From Lachnospiraceae bacterium (GTDB lineage Bacteria; Bacillota; Clostridia; Lachnospirales; Lachnospiraceae): a stretch of 64,000 nucleotides of DNA. The notes under the pieces were generated by a model. It was not told the DNA's origin. It searched no databases and saw only the letters and a list, made by a program, of their open reading frames with translations. Position numbers and translations under genes: made by a program. This document shows positions 39,349 to 49,726 of this stretch, in pieces. Position 1 is the first letter of the stretch. The number at the start of each line of letters is the position of its first letter. Where the stretch lies: positions 23,433 to 87,432 of the forward strand of contig JAILGL010000004.1 in the NCBI GenBank assembly GCA_024696825.1, in the 5' to 3' direction.

Positions 39349-41925
39349 ATGAATTATAACGAAAAGCACACTTTAAGGATGATAAAAAATCAAAAAAATA
39401 ATAGAGCCAAGGTTGACCCTTTGCGCATTTTTGAGTTTTTGTTCCTTGTGGGTGTCATTGTTTTATTCGTTATTTTGTGTATACGAATTCTCTTTTTTGT
39501 TTATAACAGTGTAAAATCTTATCCGGATATAGAGCTTTCCGAGCTCTATAAGGACGGAAGTCCAAGCGTTATATATGATGCAGATGGTAATGTGGTTCAA
39601 AACATTTATGCAACCTATAAGGACAATCTTTATGCTGAGTATGAGGATATAAGTGAGAATGCCATCAAGGCATTTATCGCTTACTTAGACCCCAATTATT
39701 TTGAAGATCAGGAGTTTGACTTTATGGCCTTAAGTGAGAAGTTTTACAATGGTACCACTAATGCGGACGAGGCCATGGTTGAGAACTATGGTACCAAAAG
39801 AAGTATTACACAGAGACTTCTGAATAATCAGATGTTCTACATAAAAACAGATAACTCCAACACCCAGGTTATAAAGCGTAACTTAAAGGCTATTCTCTGG
39901 GCGGTACAGCTTAAGAAGGAGAATAATAAAAATAACGTTTTGGAGGTATATTTAAATACCTTGAATTTTGGGGACCATACCATAGGAATTAGTGAAGCGG
40001 CGGAAAGGTATTTTGATAAGGGACCCGGTGAGCTTACCATAGCTGAATCGGCGCTTCTAGTAGTATTAAGTCTTGACGCTGAAAAGTATAGTCCTATAAA
40101 TGCACCTCAGGAAGCTGAGGAAATGCAGCGAATCGTTCTAAGGTCCATGCTTGTTGAGGGCATGATTACCGAGAAGGAGTATCAGGACGCCTTAGGTGAA
40201 GATGTTATTTCAAAGATTTCTGAAAATGTTTATAAAACTCAGGTAATCGCTCAGGATGCGGGATATGGCTATAATAAGGCCCTTCTTTCCACCCTTAGAA
40301 AGGACCTGATGAATAAGCTTAATTTCACACAGACAGAGGCTTATAATGCTATTTACAGAGGCGGTCTTAAAATTTATTCCTGCCAGGAGATAGAGCTTCA
40401 GAAGCTTTGTGAAAATGTAGCTAATAATGATTCTTATTATCCAAGGGATACTAAGTTCTATATAAGATATTCCTTAAGGGCGGTAGATTCCTTTGGAAAT
40501 GTTACTGAGTACAGTGAATCAGACCTTGCGGAGTATGTGAAGAATACCCTAAGAGATGGGGATGGAACCTCATTTTCCTCTAAGAAGGAAGCGAAGGAAA
40601 TAGTCAAAAAATTCGAGAAATTTATTATTAAAAACAAGAAGACAATTGAGGAATCTTATTTCTCATTTACCAAGGAACCACAGTCTTCTATGGTTCTCAT
40701 AGATCAGGGCTCCGGAAAGGTTAAAGCTTTGGTAGGGGGAAGAGATATGCTTTCCGGTGTTGCCGCTGATGACAGCACTAACACCTTGGAAATAAGTGAT
40801 AACAACATTAACAGAGCTATGGATTATACAAGAAATCCGGGAACTGCATTTTCTATTCTTTCATCTTATCTGCCGGCCTTAGATGCCTGTGGACATACTG
40901 TTGCTGATGTGGTGGATGACTGCGTGGACGTTGTAGAGGATGAAAATGTTATGTTTGCAGGCCATGTTTATGGTGGTATGACTAATATGAGAAAGGGTAT
41001 TCTCGACAACAACGATGTTGTGGCAGAGGGCTTTTTCAATGAGATTGATGAAAAAACCAGTTATGAGTATTTGAAGAATTTTGGTATAACTACTCTTGTT
41101 AAAACTGAAAAGGATGCAGATGGTAATATCATAACTGATTTAACTGATAACTTAGCTTTAGGTAATCTTGTAAATGGAGTTTCAAATTACGAGCTTACCT
41201 CTGCTTATTCAGCTATAGCGAATCGAGGTGTTTACAATTCGCCTATTCTTTATAGTAAGGTTACAGACTCTTTAGGAAGAGGTTTTATTATTAAAAACTC
41301 AACTAAGAAGACTATTCTTAAAGAGGAAAATGCATGGCTTATGACTGACATTTTAAGAGACAGCTTAAAGAGAGGAAGCTCTAAGGCGGCTGCCCTTGAT
41401 ATGGATGGAATGCATGCAGCAGGTCAGAAGGGTGCAACCTATAATAAAACAGATAACTGGTTTGTAGGTTATACACCATATTTTACTCTGGGAGTCTGGA
41501 TGGGTAATGATAATGGAACAGAGATTGCAGATTCTCAATATACTGAAAAAATGTGGGCAAAGGTTATGAAGGATGTGGTTACTAATGAAGGCAAAAGGAG
41601 AGGTTCTTTTAAGAAGCCTTCTAACATTACCACCAGGATGGTTTGCTCTAAGTCAGGAAAGCGTGGTTGTAGTGGAGTTTGTGATTCTCCTGACATTAAT
41701 TCAGATATTTACATGGAATATTTTATAAAGGGTACGGAGCCTGAAAGCTTCTGTAATTCCCATATAAGATATGCCATAGATAAAGAGACAGGACTTCCTG
41801 CCACAGATAAAACCAAGGAAGAAAATATAGTTTACGAGGTATTTATGATAAAAGACAAGAGTAAGGCCAGGGATAAGGTAGATAAAACTCTGGATGCAGA
41901 ATATCTTGTTCAAAGTATTAAGTAA
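39349..41925 (+). CDS. Class A penicillin-binding-protein homologue (GT51 + transpeptidase fold) with degenerate catalytic motifs
   Basis: 858 aa with an N-terminal TM anchor. Family framework residues are retained (RSITQRLL, VLEVYLNTLNFG, ISEAAERYF, DNWFVGYTP), but the catalytic residues are substituted (see findings). Confidence 0.8.
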   Translation: MNYNEKHTLRMIKNQKNNRAKVDPLRIFEFLFLVGVIVLFVILCIRILFFVYNSVKSYPDIELSELYKDGSPSVIYDADGNVVQNIYATYKDNLYAEYEDISENAIKAFIAYLDPNYFEDQEFDFMALSEKFYNGTTNADEAMVENYGTKRSITQRLLNNQMFYIKTDNSNTQVIKRNLKAILWAVQLKKENNKNNVLEVYLNTLNFGDHTIGISEAAERYFDKGPGELTIAESALLVVLSLDAEKYSPINAPQEAEEMQRIVLRSMLVEGMITEKEYQDALGEDVISKISENVYKTQVIAQDAGYGYNKALLSTLRKDLMNKLNFTQTEAYNAIYRGGLKIYSCQEIELQKLCENVANNDSYYPRDTKFYIRYSLRAVDSFGNVTEYSESDLAEYVKNTLRDGDGTSFSSKKEAKEIVKKFEKFIIKNKKTIEESYFSFTKEPQSSMVLIDQGSGKVKALVGGRDMLSGVAADDSTNTLEISDNNINRAMDYTRNPGTAFSILSSYLPALDACGHTVADVVDDCVDVVEDENVMFAGHVYGGMTNMRKGILDNNDVVAEGFFNEIDEKTSYEYLKNFGITTLVKTEKDADGNIITDLTDNLALGNLVNGVSNYELTSAYSAIANRGVYNSPILYSKVTDSLGRGFIIKNSTKKTILKEENAWLMTDILRDSLKRGSSKAAALDMDGMHAAGQKGATYNKTDNWFVGYTPYFTLGVWMGNDNGTEIADSQYTEKMWAKVMKDVVTNEGKRRGSFKKPSNITTRMVCSKSGKRGCSGVCDSPDINSDIYMEYFIKGTEPESFCNSHIRYAIDKETGLPATDKTKEENIVYEVFMIKDKSKARDKVDKTLDAEYLVQSIK

Positions 41926-41960
41926 ATAAGGTATAATATATTAGTTGGTGTAAAATATAT

Positions 41961-41999
41961 AGATTATAGTTAAAGATTATAGTTAAAGACTATAGTTGA
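41961..41999. repeat. 13-nt tandem repeat x3 in the intergenic region upstream of the MBL-fold gene
   Basis: AGATTATAGTTAA (41961-41973), AGATTATAGTTAA (41974-41986), AGACTATAGTTGA (41987-41999). Further TATAGTT copies follow. Confidence 0.9.
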
Positions 42000-42063
42000 A
42001 GTTTATAATTATAGATTATCATTTATAGTTTTAAACTTAAAGTTTAAAGAAAGTAGGATTAGC

Positions 42064-42858
42064 ATGAGAGTTTGTACAGTTGCAAGTGGAAGTAGTGGAA
42101 ACTGTGTCTACATAGGTGATGGAGATACCCATATTCTGGTGGATGCAGGAATTAGCAGAAAGAAAATTGTAGAAGGCTTAAAAAGCTTTGGAGTAGATGC
42201 TGCAGATCTTTCAGCTATATTTGTAACTCATGAACATTCAGACCATATAAATGGACTTAAGGTTTTGGATAAAAACTATGGAATTCCAATATATGGAACC
42301 AGAGGAACTCTTCTGGGGATTAATAATGCCTTTAAGGATTATGAATTCTCTGAAGACAGATTAAATATAATAGAGAGTGATATGGGAATTAAGGTGGATA
42401 ACCTTAAGATAACACCATTTACTATTTCTCATGATGCTAATGAACCTGTTGGTTTTACTGTAACTGACGGAGTTAAGAAAATGAGTATTTCCACTGACCT
42501 TGGTGTATTTACAGATTATACCATTGCAAATCTTGAGGGAAGTGAAGCAATTATTTTGGAGGCTAATCATGATATAAGCATGCTTGAAACGGGTACATAT
42601 CCATATCATTTAAAGAGACGTATTCTGTCAGATAAAGGTCATCTTTCTAATGATGCTTCGGGAGATTTACTAAGCAAGCTTATTTGGAAGGATTTAAAGC
42701 ATATTTGCCTTGCCCATCTTTCTAAGGATAATAATTATCCGGAGCTTGCCCTTCAAACCATCAAATGTTCTCTTTGGGAGAATCTTGGTATGAAGGAAGT
42801 GCCATTTGATCTCTATGTGGCTAACAGAAATGAGCCATCTAAGATGATTACCATTTAA
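42064..42858 (+). CDS. MBL-fold metallo-hydrolase (YycJ/WalJ-like)
   Basis: 264 aa with the THEHSDH (HxHxDH) motif and the CLAHLS C-terminal His. Confidence 0.85.
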   Translation: MRVCTVASGSSGNCVYIGDGDTHILVDAGISRKKIVEGLKSFGVDAADLSAIFVTHEHSDHINGLKVLDKNYGIPIYGTRGTLLGINNAFKDYEFSEDRLNIIESDMGIKVDNLKITPFTISHDANEPVGFTVTDGVKKMSISTDLGVFTDYTIANLEGSEAIILEANHDISMLETGTYPYHLKRRILSDKGHLSNDASGDLLSKLIWKDLKHICLAHLSKDNNYPELALQTIKCSLWENLGMKEVPFDLYVANRNEPSKMITI

Positions 42859-42965
42859 TGAATTTTAAAACTTGGATTTTGTCGCTATATTTTATTGATT
42901 AAGCTTTTAAGCTTGTTTAAATATATAAAAAAATTATAAGAAAATAACATTTTTTGGAGGTTATT

Positions 42966-43238
42966 ATGAAAAGAACAGTAATCACAGTAGTAGGTAAAGA
43001 CAGTGTTGGTATTATAGCTAAGGTTTGTACTTATTTAGCTGGAAAGCAGATTAATATTTTAAACATTTCACAGACAATAGTTGACGGATTTTTCAACATG
43101 ATGATGATAACAGATATGGCTGAATGTAACTCTGATTTTGGAACAGTTGTAGATGAGATGGAAAAGCTCGGCGAAGAGATTAACTGTATCATTAAGGTTC
43201 AGAGAGAAGATATATTTGATTCCATGCACAGATTATAA
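42966..43238 (+). CDS. ACT-domain protein (UPF0237 type)
   Basis: 90 aa. [23 protein letters not shown] 42966 lies 6 nt after GGAGG. Paired with the downstream UPF0210 gene. Confidence 0.8.
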   Translation: MKRTVITVVGKDSVGIIAKVCTYLAGKQINILNISQTIVDGFFNMMMITDMAECNSDFGTVVDEMEKLGEEINCIIKVQREDIFDSMHRL

Positions 43239-43255
43239 TTCAAGGAAGGTTAACT

Positions 43256-44626
43256 ATGAATAATATAAATATTAATGAGGTTATTGAGACTAATAACATG
43301 ATTGAAAAGGAGAACCTGGATGTAAGAACCATTACTCTTGGTATCAGCCTTTTAAACTGCATTAATGACGATATAAATGTTTTAAATGAAAATATTTATA
43401 AGCGAATTACAACAGTTGCAAAGGACCTTGTAAAAACAGGTCAGGACATTGAAAAGGAATATGGTATTCCTATTGTAAATAAAAGAATTTCAGTTACACC
43501 TATTTCAATTGTAGGTGCTACTGCATGTAAGACTATAGAGGATTTTGTGTCTATAGCAAAGACTATGGATAGAGCGGCTAAGGAGCTTGGAGTGAATTTC
43601 ATAGGTGGTTATTCTGCCCTTGTATCTAAGGGAATGACTGCTGCTGAGGAGCTTCTTATAAGGTCCATTCCATATGCTCTTAAGGAGACAGAATATGTCT
43701 GTAGTTCAGTAAATGTAGGCTCTACCAAAACAGGTATTAACATGGATGCCGTAAGACTTATGGGTAGCATCATAAAGGAAGCAGCTATTGTTTCTAAGGA
43801 TTGCGAGTGTACAGGCTGTGCAAAGCTTGTGGTATTTTGTAATGCTCCTGATGACAATCCATTTATGGCAGGTGCTTTCCACGGTGTTACAGAGGCAGAT
43901 GAGATTATAAATGTAGGTGTAAGTGGTCCGGGCGTTATGCGTAAGGCCCTTGAAAAGGAGCATGGAACCGACTTTGGTCATCTTTGCGATACAGTTAAAA
44001 AGACTGCATTTAAGATTACAAGAGTAGGTCAGTTAGTTGCCCTTGAGGCTTCTAAGCGCCTTAACGTGCCATTTGGAATTATCGATTTATCTCTTGCGCC
44101 AACTCCTGCAGTTGGTGACAGTATTGCCGATATATTTGAGGAGATGGGTCTTGAAAGAGCCGGTGCTCCCGGAACTACAGCAGCCCTTGCCCTTTTAAAT
44201 GATCAGGTTAAGAAGGGTGGAATCATGGCTTCCTCATATGTAGGAGGTTTAAGCGGTGCATTTATCCCTGTCAGCGAGGATCAGGGTATGATAAATGCAG
44301 TTAAAGAGGGTGCCCTTACCATAGAGAAGCTTGAGGCTATGACCTGCGTATGTTCTGTAGGTCTTGATATGATAGCTATCCCTGGAGATACTAAGGATAC
44401 TACTATTGCAGGTATTATAGCTGACGAGATGGCTATAGGTATGATTAACCAGAAAACAACAGCAGTTCGTATTATGCCTGTTATCGATGGAAAGGTTGGA
44501 GATGAGTATCACATGGGTGGCCTTCTTGGAACCGCTCCGGTACAGAAGGTTAATACATTTTCCTGCGATGACTTTATAAACAGAGGTGGAAGAATACCTG
44601 CCCCTGTTCACAGCTTTAAGAATTAA
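43256..44626 (+). CDS. UPF0210/DUF711 family protein (annotated in databases as a PFL-like family; function unknown)
   Basis: 456 aa. The N-terminus [15 protein letters not shown] and [13 protein letters not shown] match my recollection of UPF0210. It sits 18 nt downstream of the ACT gene. Confidence 0.75.
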   Translation: MNNININEVIETNNMIEKENLDVRTITLGISLLNCINDDINVLNENIYKRITTVAKDLVKTGQDIEKEYGIPIVNKRISVTPISIVGATACKTIEDFVSIAKTMDRAAKELGVNFIGGYSALVSKGMTAAEELLIRSIPYALKETEYVCSSVNVGSTKTGINMDAVRLMGSIIKEAAIVSKDCECTGCAKLVVFCNAPDDNPFMAGAFHGVTEADEIINVGVSGPGVMRKALEKEHGTDFGHLCDTVKKTAFKITRVGQLVALEASKRLNVPFGIIDLSLAPTPAVGDSIADIFEEMGLERAGAPGTTAALALLNDQVKKGGIMASSYVGGLSGAFIPVSEDQGMINAVKEGALTIEKLEAMTCVCSVGLDMIAIPGDTKDTTIAGIIADEMAIGMINQKTTAVRIMPVIDGKVGDEYHMGGLLGTAPVQKVNTFSCDDFINRGGRIPAPVHSFKN

Positions 44627-44709
44627 GGAAAATGTAAATGCTTAAGAATAAATAATTAAGATATATTTAGCATATAAAAAACAGTAAGAAAATAGGAAAG
44701 GAGGTAAAT

Positions 44710-47700
44710 ATGGCTTTTACACATTTACATGTCCATACGGAATATTCCCTTTTGGATGGTTCCTGTAAGATAAAGGAACTCACTAAAAGAGCCAGGGAGT
44801 TAGGCTTTGATTCTCTTGCCATAACTGACCATGGTAATATGTATGGCGCTATAGATTTTTACAGAGCAGCAAGAGACTGTGGAATAAAACCTATACTTGG
44901 CTGTGAGGTCTATATTGCTCCTAATTCCAGATTTGATAAGGATGGCTCTAAGTCTGAGAATGCCTATAATCACCTTATCCTTCTTGCTGAGAATAATAAG
45001 GGTTACGAGAACCTTATAAAAATAGTTTCAAAGGGTTACACAGAGGGCTTTTACTACAAGCCTAGAATAGATAAAAAGCTTTTAGAGGAATATCACGAGG
45101 GTATAATCGCTACAAGTGCCTGCCTTGCAGGTACCATACCAAGGCTTATTCTTGCAGGGGATTATGAGAAAGCTAAGGAAGAAGCGCTTTACATGAAGGA
45201 GCTTTTTGGTGAGAATAATTATTTCTTAGAGCTTCAGGATCACGGAATTGCGAAGCAGCAGACTGTTAATTCAGCCCTTTTAAAAATGAGTGAGGAAACA
45301 GGCATAAAGCTTGTGGCTACTAACGATGTTCACTACATTAACAAAGAGGACTGGGAGGCTCATGATTTACTTCTCTGTATCCAGACTCAGAAAAGGGTTA
45401 CAGATGCTGATAGAATGCGTTATGAAGAGGGCGAATTCTATCTTAGAAGTGAAGAAGAAATGAAGGAGTTATTCCCTTATGCCCTAGAGGCTATTGAAAA
45501 TACACATGACATTGCAGAAAGATGCAATGTAACCATAGAATTTGGTAATTATAAATTGCCTCATTTTGAATGTCCAGATGGAATGAGTTCTCTTGAATAT
45601 CTTACAAAGCTTTGCAATACAGGTCTTAGAGAGCTTTACACTGATGTGACGAAGGATATTCAGGATAGACTTGATTATGAGCTTGATACCATTAAAAATA
45701 TGGGCTTTGTAGATTATTTCCTTATAGTTTGGGATTATATTAAATTTGCAAAGGACCATGGAATTATGGTGGGTCCGGGAAGAGGTAGTGCGGCAGGAAG
45801 TCTTGTGTCCTACACCCTTGGAATTACAGAGCTTGATCCACTTAAGTATGATCTTCTCTTTGAAAGATTTTTGAATCCAAGCCGTCAGACCATGCCCGAT
45901 ATAGACGTGGATTTTTGCTATGTTAGAAGACAGGAAGTAATTGACTATGTCAATCAAAAATATGGCGAGGACCACGTTTCACAGATAGTTACATTTGGAA
46001 CTCTTGCTGCAAGAGGTGTTATAAAGGATGTAGGAAGAGTTATGGATTTACCTTATGCCTATGTTAACAGCATTTCCAAGGAAATCCCTATGATGATGAA
46101 TATAACTCTTGATAAGGCTTTAAATATAAGCCCTGAGTTTAAAAAGATATATGATAATGACCCTCGTGCTAAGCAACTGATAGATATGTCTAAGCGCTTA
46201 GAGGGGCTTCCACGACATGCGTCCATTCATGCTGCGGGAGTTGTTATAAGTCCTAAGCCTGTAGATGAATTCGTGCCTCTTACCAAGTTAAATGACGGTA
46301 CGGTTGCTACTGAATTTACCATGACAACCTTAGAGGAGTTAGGACTTCTTAAGATGGACTTTTTAGGTCTTAGAACTCTTACGGTTATACAGGATGCTGC
46401 CAGGATGAGCGGCATGACTGACGCTGATGTGAAGAAAATAGACCTTAATGACAAAAAGGTTTTGGATATGATTTCTGCCGGAGATACAGAAGGCGTGTTC
46501 CAGATAGAAAGTGAGGGTATGACCTCCTTCATGAAGGAATTAAAGCCTGAATGCTTTGAAGATATAATTGCGGGAATCTCCCTTTACAGACCTGGTCCTA
46601 TGGATTTCATTCCAAGATACATTAAGGGTAAAAATGATAAAAACAGTATTGTTTACGACTGTCCTGAGCTTGAATCCATACTTTCTCCTACCTATGGCTG
46701 TATGGTTTATCAGGAGCAGGTTATGCAGATTGTTAGAAAGCTTGCGGGCTTTAGTAATGCCAGAAGTGATAATCTTCGAAAAGCCATGTCCAAAAAGAAA
46801 ATGGACGTTATGAAGAAGGAGCGTAAAAACTTCGTCTATGGTAATGAGGATGAGATAAATGAGTTAAAAAACAGTGGTGAGAATGCTGCGAATGTAGAGG
46901 TTATTAATGGTTGTGTTAAAAATGGTATTGATGAAAATGCAGCTAATAAAATATACGATGAGATGGTAGCTTTCGGTGAGTATGCATTTAACAAATCCCA
47001 TGCAGCAGCCTATGCAGTGGTAACCATGCAGACTGCCCATTTAAAGTATTATCATCCATTGGAATTTATGGCGGCTCTTATGACCTCTGTTAATGATAAT
47101 AAGCCAAAGATTGCAAAATATATTCAGGACTGCAGAAGGAAGAAGATTAAGATTCTAAGTCCTTCAGTTAATGAGGGTGTTGGTTCCTTTAGCGTTGTTG
47201 GTGACAGCATTATGTTTGGGCTAAATGCCATAAAGGGAATTGGCGGCAGTCTGGTCTATAAGATAATAAAAGAGAGAAATGAACATGGTAAGTTCATCAC
47301 TCTCGAGGATTTTATAGAGAGAATAGGGCCTAAGGAGATTAACAAGGCTGCAATTGAAAATCTTATAAAGGCAGGTGCATTTGATTGTCTTGAGGGTAAC
47401 AGAAGACAGAAAATGATGATTTATCCTGCAGTTGTGGCAAATGTTAATGAGAAACAAAAGAATACTGATTCAGGTCAGATATCATTATTTGATCTTGGAA
47501 ATGAAGAGTTTTCAAAATTAAATGAGATAGAACTTCCTAAAAATACAGATGAATACGAGAAGGCACAGCTTCTTAACTTTGAAAAGGAGGTAACTGGAAT
47601 CTATATTTCAGGCCATCCTTTAGAGGACTATGCTAAGCTTATCAGGAAAAATGTAACCAGAAGTTCTACAGATTTCCTGCTTCAAAAGGAGAATGAAAGA

Positions 47701-48222
47701 GAGTTTACAGTGGTTTCTGATGGGGAAAGGGCTGTAATAGGCGGTATTATTGTAAGTAAGACTGTTAAGCCTACCAAGAAGAATACCATGATGGCTTTCT
47801 TTACCTTAGAAGATATGCTTGGACAGGTGGAAATCATTCTATTTCCAAAGGATTATGACAGGTATATCAGTCTTGTGGAAGAGGATAAAAAGGTCTTTGT
47901 TAGAGGAAGAGTAAGCACTGAGGCTGAAAAGGATGCTAAGCTTATATGTGAGGAAATCATTTCATTTGAGGATTTTCCAAAGGATCTTTGGATTAAGTTT
48001 AAGGATAAGAATGTTTTTGCAGAAAGTGAGATGGCTTTAAATGCCGTCCTTAACACTGTGGAGGGTAGAGATAGGGTTATTGTCTATCTTGCCAAAGAGA
48101 GGCAGATTAAGGTGATTCCAAGAGTTAAGGTTGACGCAGAATTAATAAGCGAGGGCAGAATGATTGAGGAAATGATCGAGGGTGCCGAGACAGCAGTGAA
48201 ACAAAGCGAAAAATTAATGTAA
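44710..48222 (+). CDS. dnaE: DNA polymerase III alpha subunit (DnaE type)
   Basis: 1170 aa. PHP domain FTHLHVHTEYSLLDG, polymerase core with PDIDVDF, OB-fold C-terminus. Confidence 0.97.
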   Translation: MAFTHLHVHTEYSLLDGSCKIKELTKRARELGFDSLAITDHGNMYGAIDFYRAARDCGIKPILGCEVYIAPNSRFDKDGSKSENAYNHLILLAENNKGYENLIKIVSKGYTEGFYYKPRIDKKLLEEYHEGIIATSACLAGTIPRLILAGDYEKAKEEALYMKELFGENNYFLELQDHGIAKQQTVNSALLKMSEETGIKLVATNDVHYINKEDWEAHDLLLCIQTQKRVTDADRMRYEEGEFYLRSEEEMKELFPYALEAIENTHDIAERCNVTIEFGNYKLPHFECPDGMSSLEYLTKLCNTGLRELYTDVTKDIQDRLDYELDTIKNMGFVDYFLIVWDYIKFAKDHGIMVGPGRGSAAGSLVSYTLGITELDPLKYDLLFERFLNPSRQTMPDIDVDFCYVRRQEVIDYVNQKYGEDHVSQIVTFGTLAARGVIKDVGRVMDLPYAYVNSISKEIPMMMNITLDKALNISPEFKKIYDNDPRAKQLIDMSKRLEGLPRHASIHAAGVVISPKPVDEFVPLTKLNDGTVATEFTMTTLEELGLLKMDFLGLRTLTVIQDAARMSGMTDADVKKIDLNDKKVLDMISAGDTEGVFQIESEGMTSFMKELKPECFEDIIAGISLYRPGPMDFIPRYIKGKNDKNSIVYDCPELESILSPTYGCMVYQEQVMQIVRKLAGFSNARSDNLRKAMSKKKMDVMKKERKNFVYGNEDEINELKNSGENAANVEVINGCVKNGIDENAANKIYDEMVAFGEYAFNKSHAAAYAVVTMQTAHLKYYHPLEFMAALMTSVNDNKPKIAKYIQDCRRKKIKILSPSVNEGVGSFSVVGDSIMFGLNAIKGIGGSLVYKIIKERNEHGKFITLEDFIERIGPKEINKAAIENLIKAGAFDCLEGNRRQKMMIYPAVVANVNEKQKNTDSGQISLFDLGNEEFSKLNEIELPKNTDEYEKAQLLNFEKEVTGIYISGHPLEDYAKLIRKNVTRSSTDFLLQKENEREFTVVSDGERAVIGGIIVSKTVKPTKKNTMMAFFTLEDMLGQVEIILFPKDYDRYISLVEEDKKVFVRGRVSTEAEKDAKLICEEIISFEDFPKDLWIKFKDKNVFAESEMALNAVLNTVEGRDRVIVYLAKERQIKVIPRVKVDAELISEGRMIEEMIEGAETAVKQSEKLM

Positions 48223-48262
48223 ATATAATTACTTTTTTATGTGATTTTTTTAAGTCAAATGC

Positions 48263-48291
48263 TTTACAAAAAATCAAAAAATAGTTATCAT
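48263..48291 (+). promoter_or_regulatory. Candidate promoter for pfkA
   Basis: TTTACA (48263-48268), 17 nt, TATCAT (48286-48291). Confidence 0.4.
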
Positions 48292-48323
48292 ATTTACTGA
48301 TATGCTTTTAGGAGGATTTGAAA

Positions 48324-49316
48324 GTGGAAAACAAAGTTAAAAAGATAGGAGTACTTACAAGTGGTGGTGATTCACCAGGAATGAATGCTGCCATAAGAGC
48401 AGTTGTAAGAACTGCTTTATCATATGGTATAGAGGTTGTAGGTATTAAGAGAGGTTATGCGGGACTTTTAGAAGAGGACATGGAGCCTATGAATACTATA
48501 TCTGTATCAGATATTATTCATATAGGTGGAACCATTCTTTATACTGCAAGATGCTTAGAGTTTAAAGAGCCTGAGTATCAGAAAAAGGCAGCTGATATTT
48601 GTAAGAAAAATAATATAGATGGAATGGTTGTAGTTGGCGGAGACGGTTCATTTAGAGGTGGTATGAGACTTTCCGAGCAGGGAATTAATACTATCTGCGT
48701 ACCTGGAACCATCGACCTTGATATAGCTTGTACAGAGTATACCATTGGTTTTGATACAGCTATTAATACAGCTATGGAGGCTATCGATAAGCTTAGAGAT
48801 ACCTCTGAGTCACATGAGCGTTGCTCTATCGTAGAGGTTATGGGACGTTCAGCAGGTCATATCGCACAGTGGACAGGTATTGCCAGCGGTGCTGAGTATA
48901 TCCTTACTACAGAGGAATTTGACGGTGACGTAACCAAGATTATCGATAAAATCTTAGTTAGAAGAGCTATCGGTAAGAAGAACCATATTATCGTAAATGC
49001 AGAGGGTGTAGGTAATTCTATGGAGATGGCTGCTGAGATTCAGAAGGCTACAGGCATCGAGACCAGAGCTACTATCCTTGGTCATATTCAGAGAGGTGGT
49101 AACCCAACCTGTAAGGACAGAGTTTACGCTTCAGCCATGGGTGCTCTTGCAGTTGAGCTTTTAAGAGAAGGTAAGACTAACAGAGTAGTTGCATATAAGC
49201 ATGGAGAGTTCGTAGACTTCGATATTCAGGAGGCTTTATCCATGGAGAAAGGACTTACTCCATACCTTTCACATATTACCAAGAGACTTACTTCATCTTC
49301 ATACAGAATGGATTAA
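48324..49316 (+). CDS. pfkA: ATP-dependent 6-phosphofructokinase
   Basis: GVLTSGGDSPGMNAAIR, VVGGDGS, PGTIDLD. GTG 48324 lies 8 nt after GGAGG. The TTG at 48318 is only 2 nt from the SD. Confidence 0.93.
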   Translation: MENKVKKIGVLTSGGDSPGMNAAIRAVVRTALSYGIEVVGIKRGYAGLLEEDMEPMNTISVSDIIHIGGTILYTARCLEFKEPEYQKKAADICKKNNIDGMVVVGGDGSFRGGMRLSEQGINTICVPGTIDLDIACTEYTIGFDTAINTAMEAIDKLRDTSESHERCSIVEVMGRSAGHIAQWTGIASGAEYILTTEEFDGDVTKIIDKILVRRAIGKKNHIIVNAEGVGNSMEMAAEIQKATGIETRATILGHIQRGGNPTCKDRVYASAMGALAVELLREGKTNRVVAYKHGEFVDFDIQEALSMEKGLTPYLSHITKRLTSSSYRMD

Positions 49317-49458
49317 TATTTATCTTTACAATATCTTGTATTTATAATAAAATATAAATAGTTTTGAGCGCAGTGCTCCTGCGTTTATGAGCGAGAAGCG
49401 GAGCAGATTAAAAAATTTGCTTTATAAATGTGCTAAATTAGCGGAAACGAGGTAGAAT

Positions 49459-49704
49459 ATGAAGAAATTTTTAAAATTTTTAATGTGGGTAGCAGCGGCT
49501 GCCGCAGCAGTACTTGCAGTACTTTATCTCTATAAGAAGCTTACTTCAAAGGATTCCTTTGATGATGAGTTTGACGAGTTTGATGATTTTGATGACTTTG
49601 ACGATTTTGATGATTTTGATGAAGTTGATGATGATGACCGTGATTATGTTCAGCTTAATATCGATGAAGAGACGGAGGAAACTTCAGACTCTGTTGCAGA
49701 GTAA
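49459..49704 (+). CDS. Small membrane-anchored protein with a poly-acidic (D-D/E-F)n tail
   Basis: 81 aa. SD GAGG. One TM (FLMWVAAAAAAVLAVLYLY), then DDEFDEFDDFDDFDDFDDFDEVDDDD. A hairpin terminator follows. Confidence 0.65.
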   Translation: MKKFLKFLMWVAAAAAAVLAVLYLYKKLTSKDSFDDEFDEFDDFDDFDDFDDFDEVDDDDRDYVQLNIDEETEETSDSVAE

Positions 49705-49726
49705 TATAATATATAACTTAAAGATG

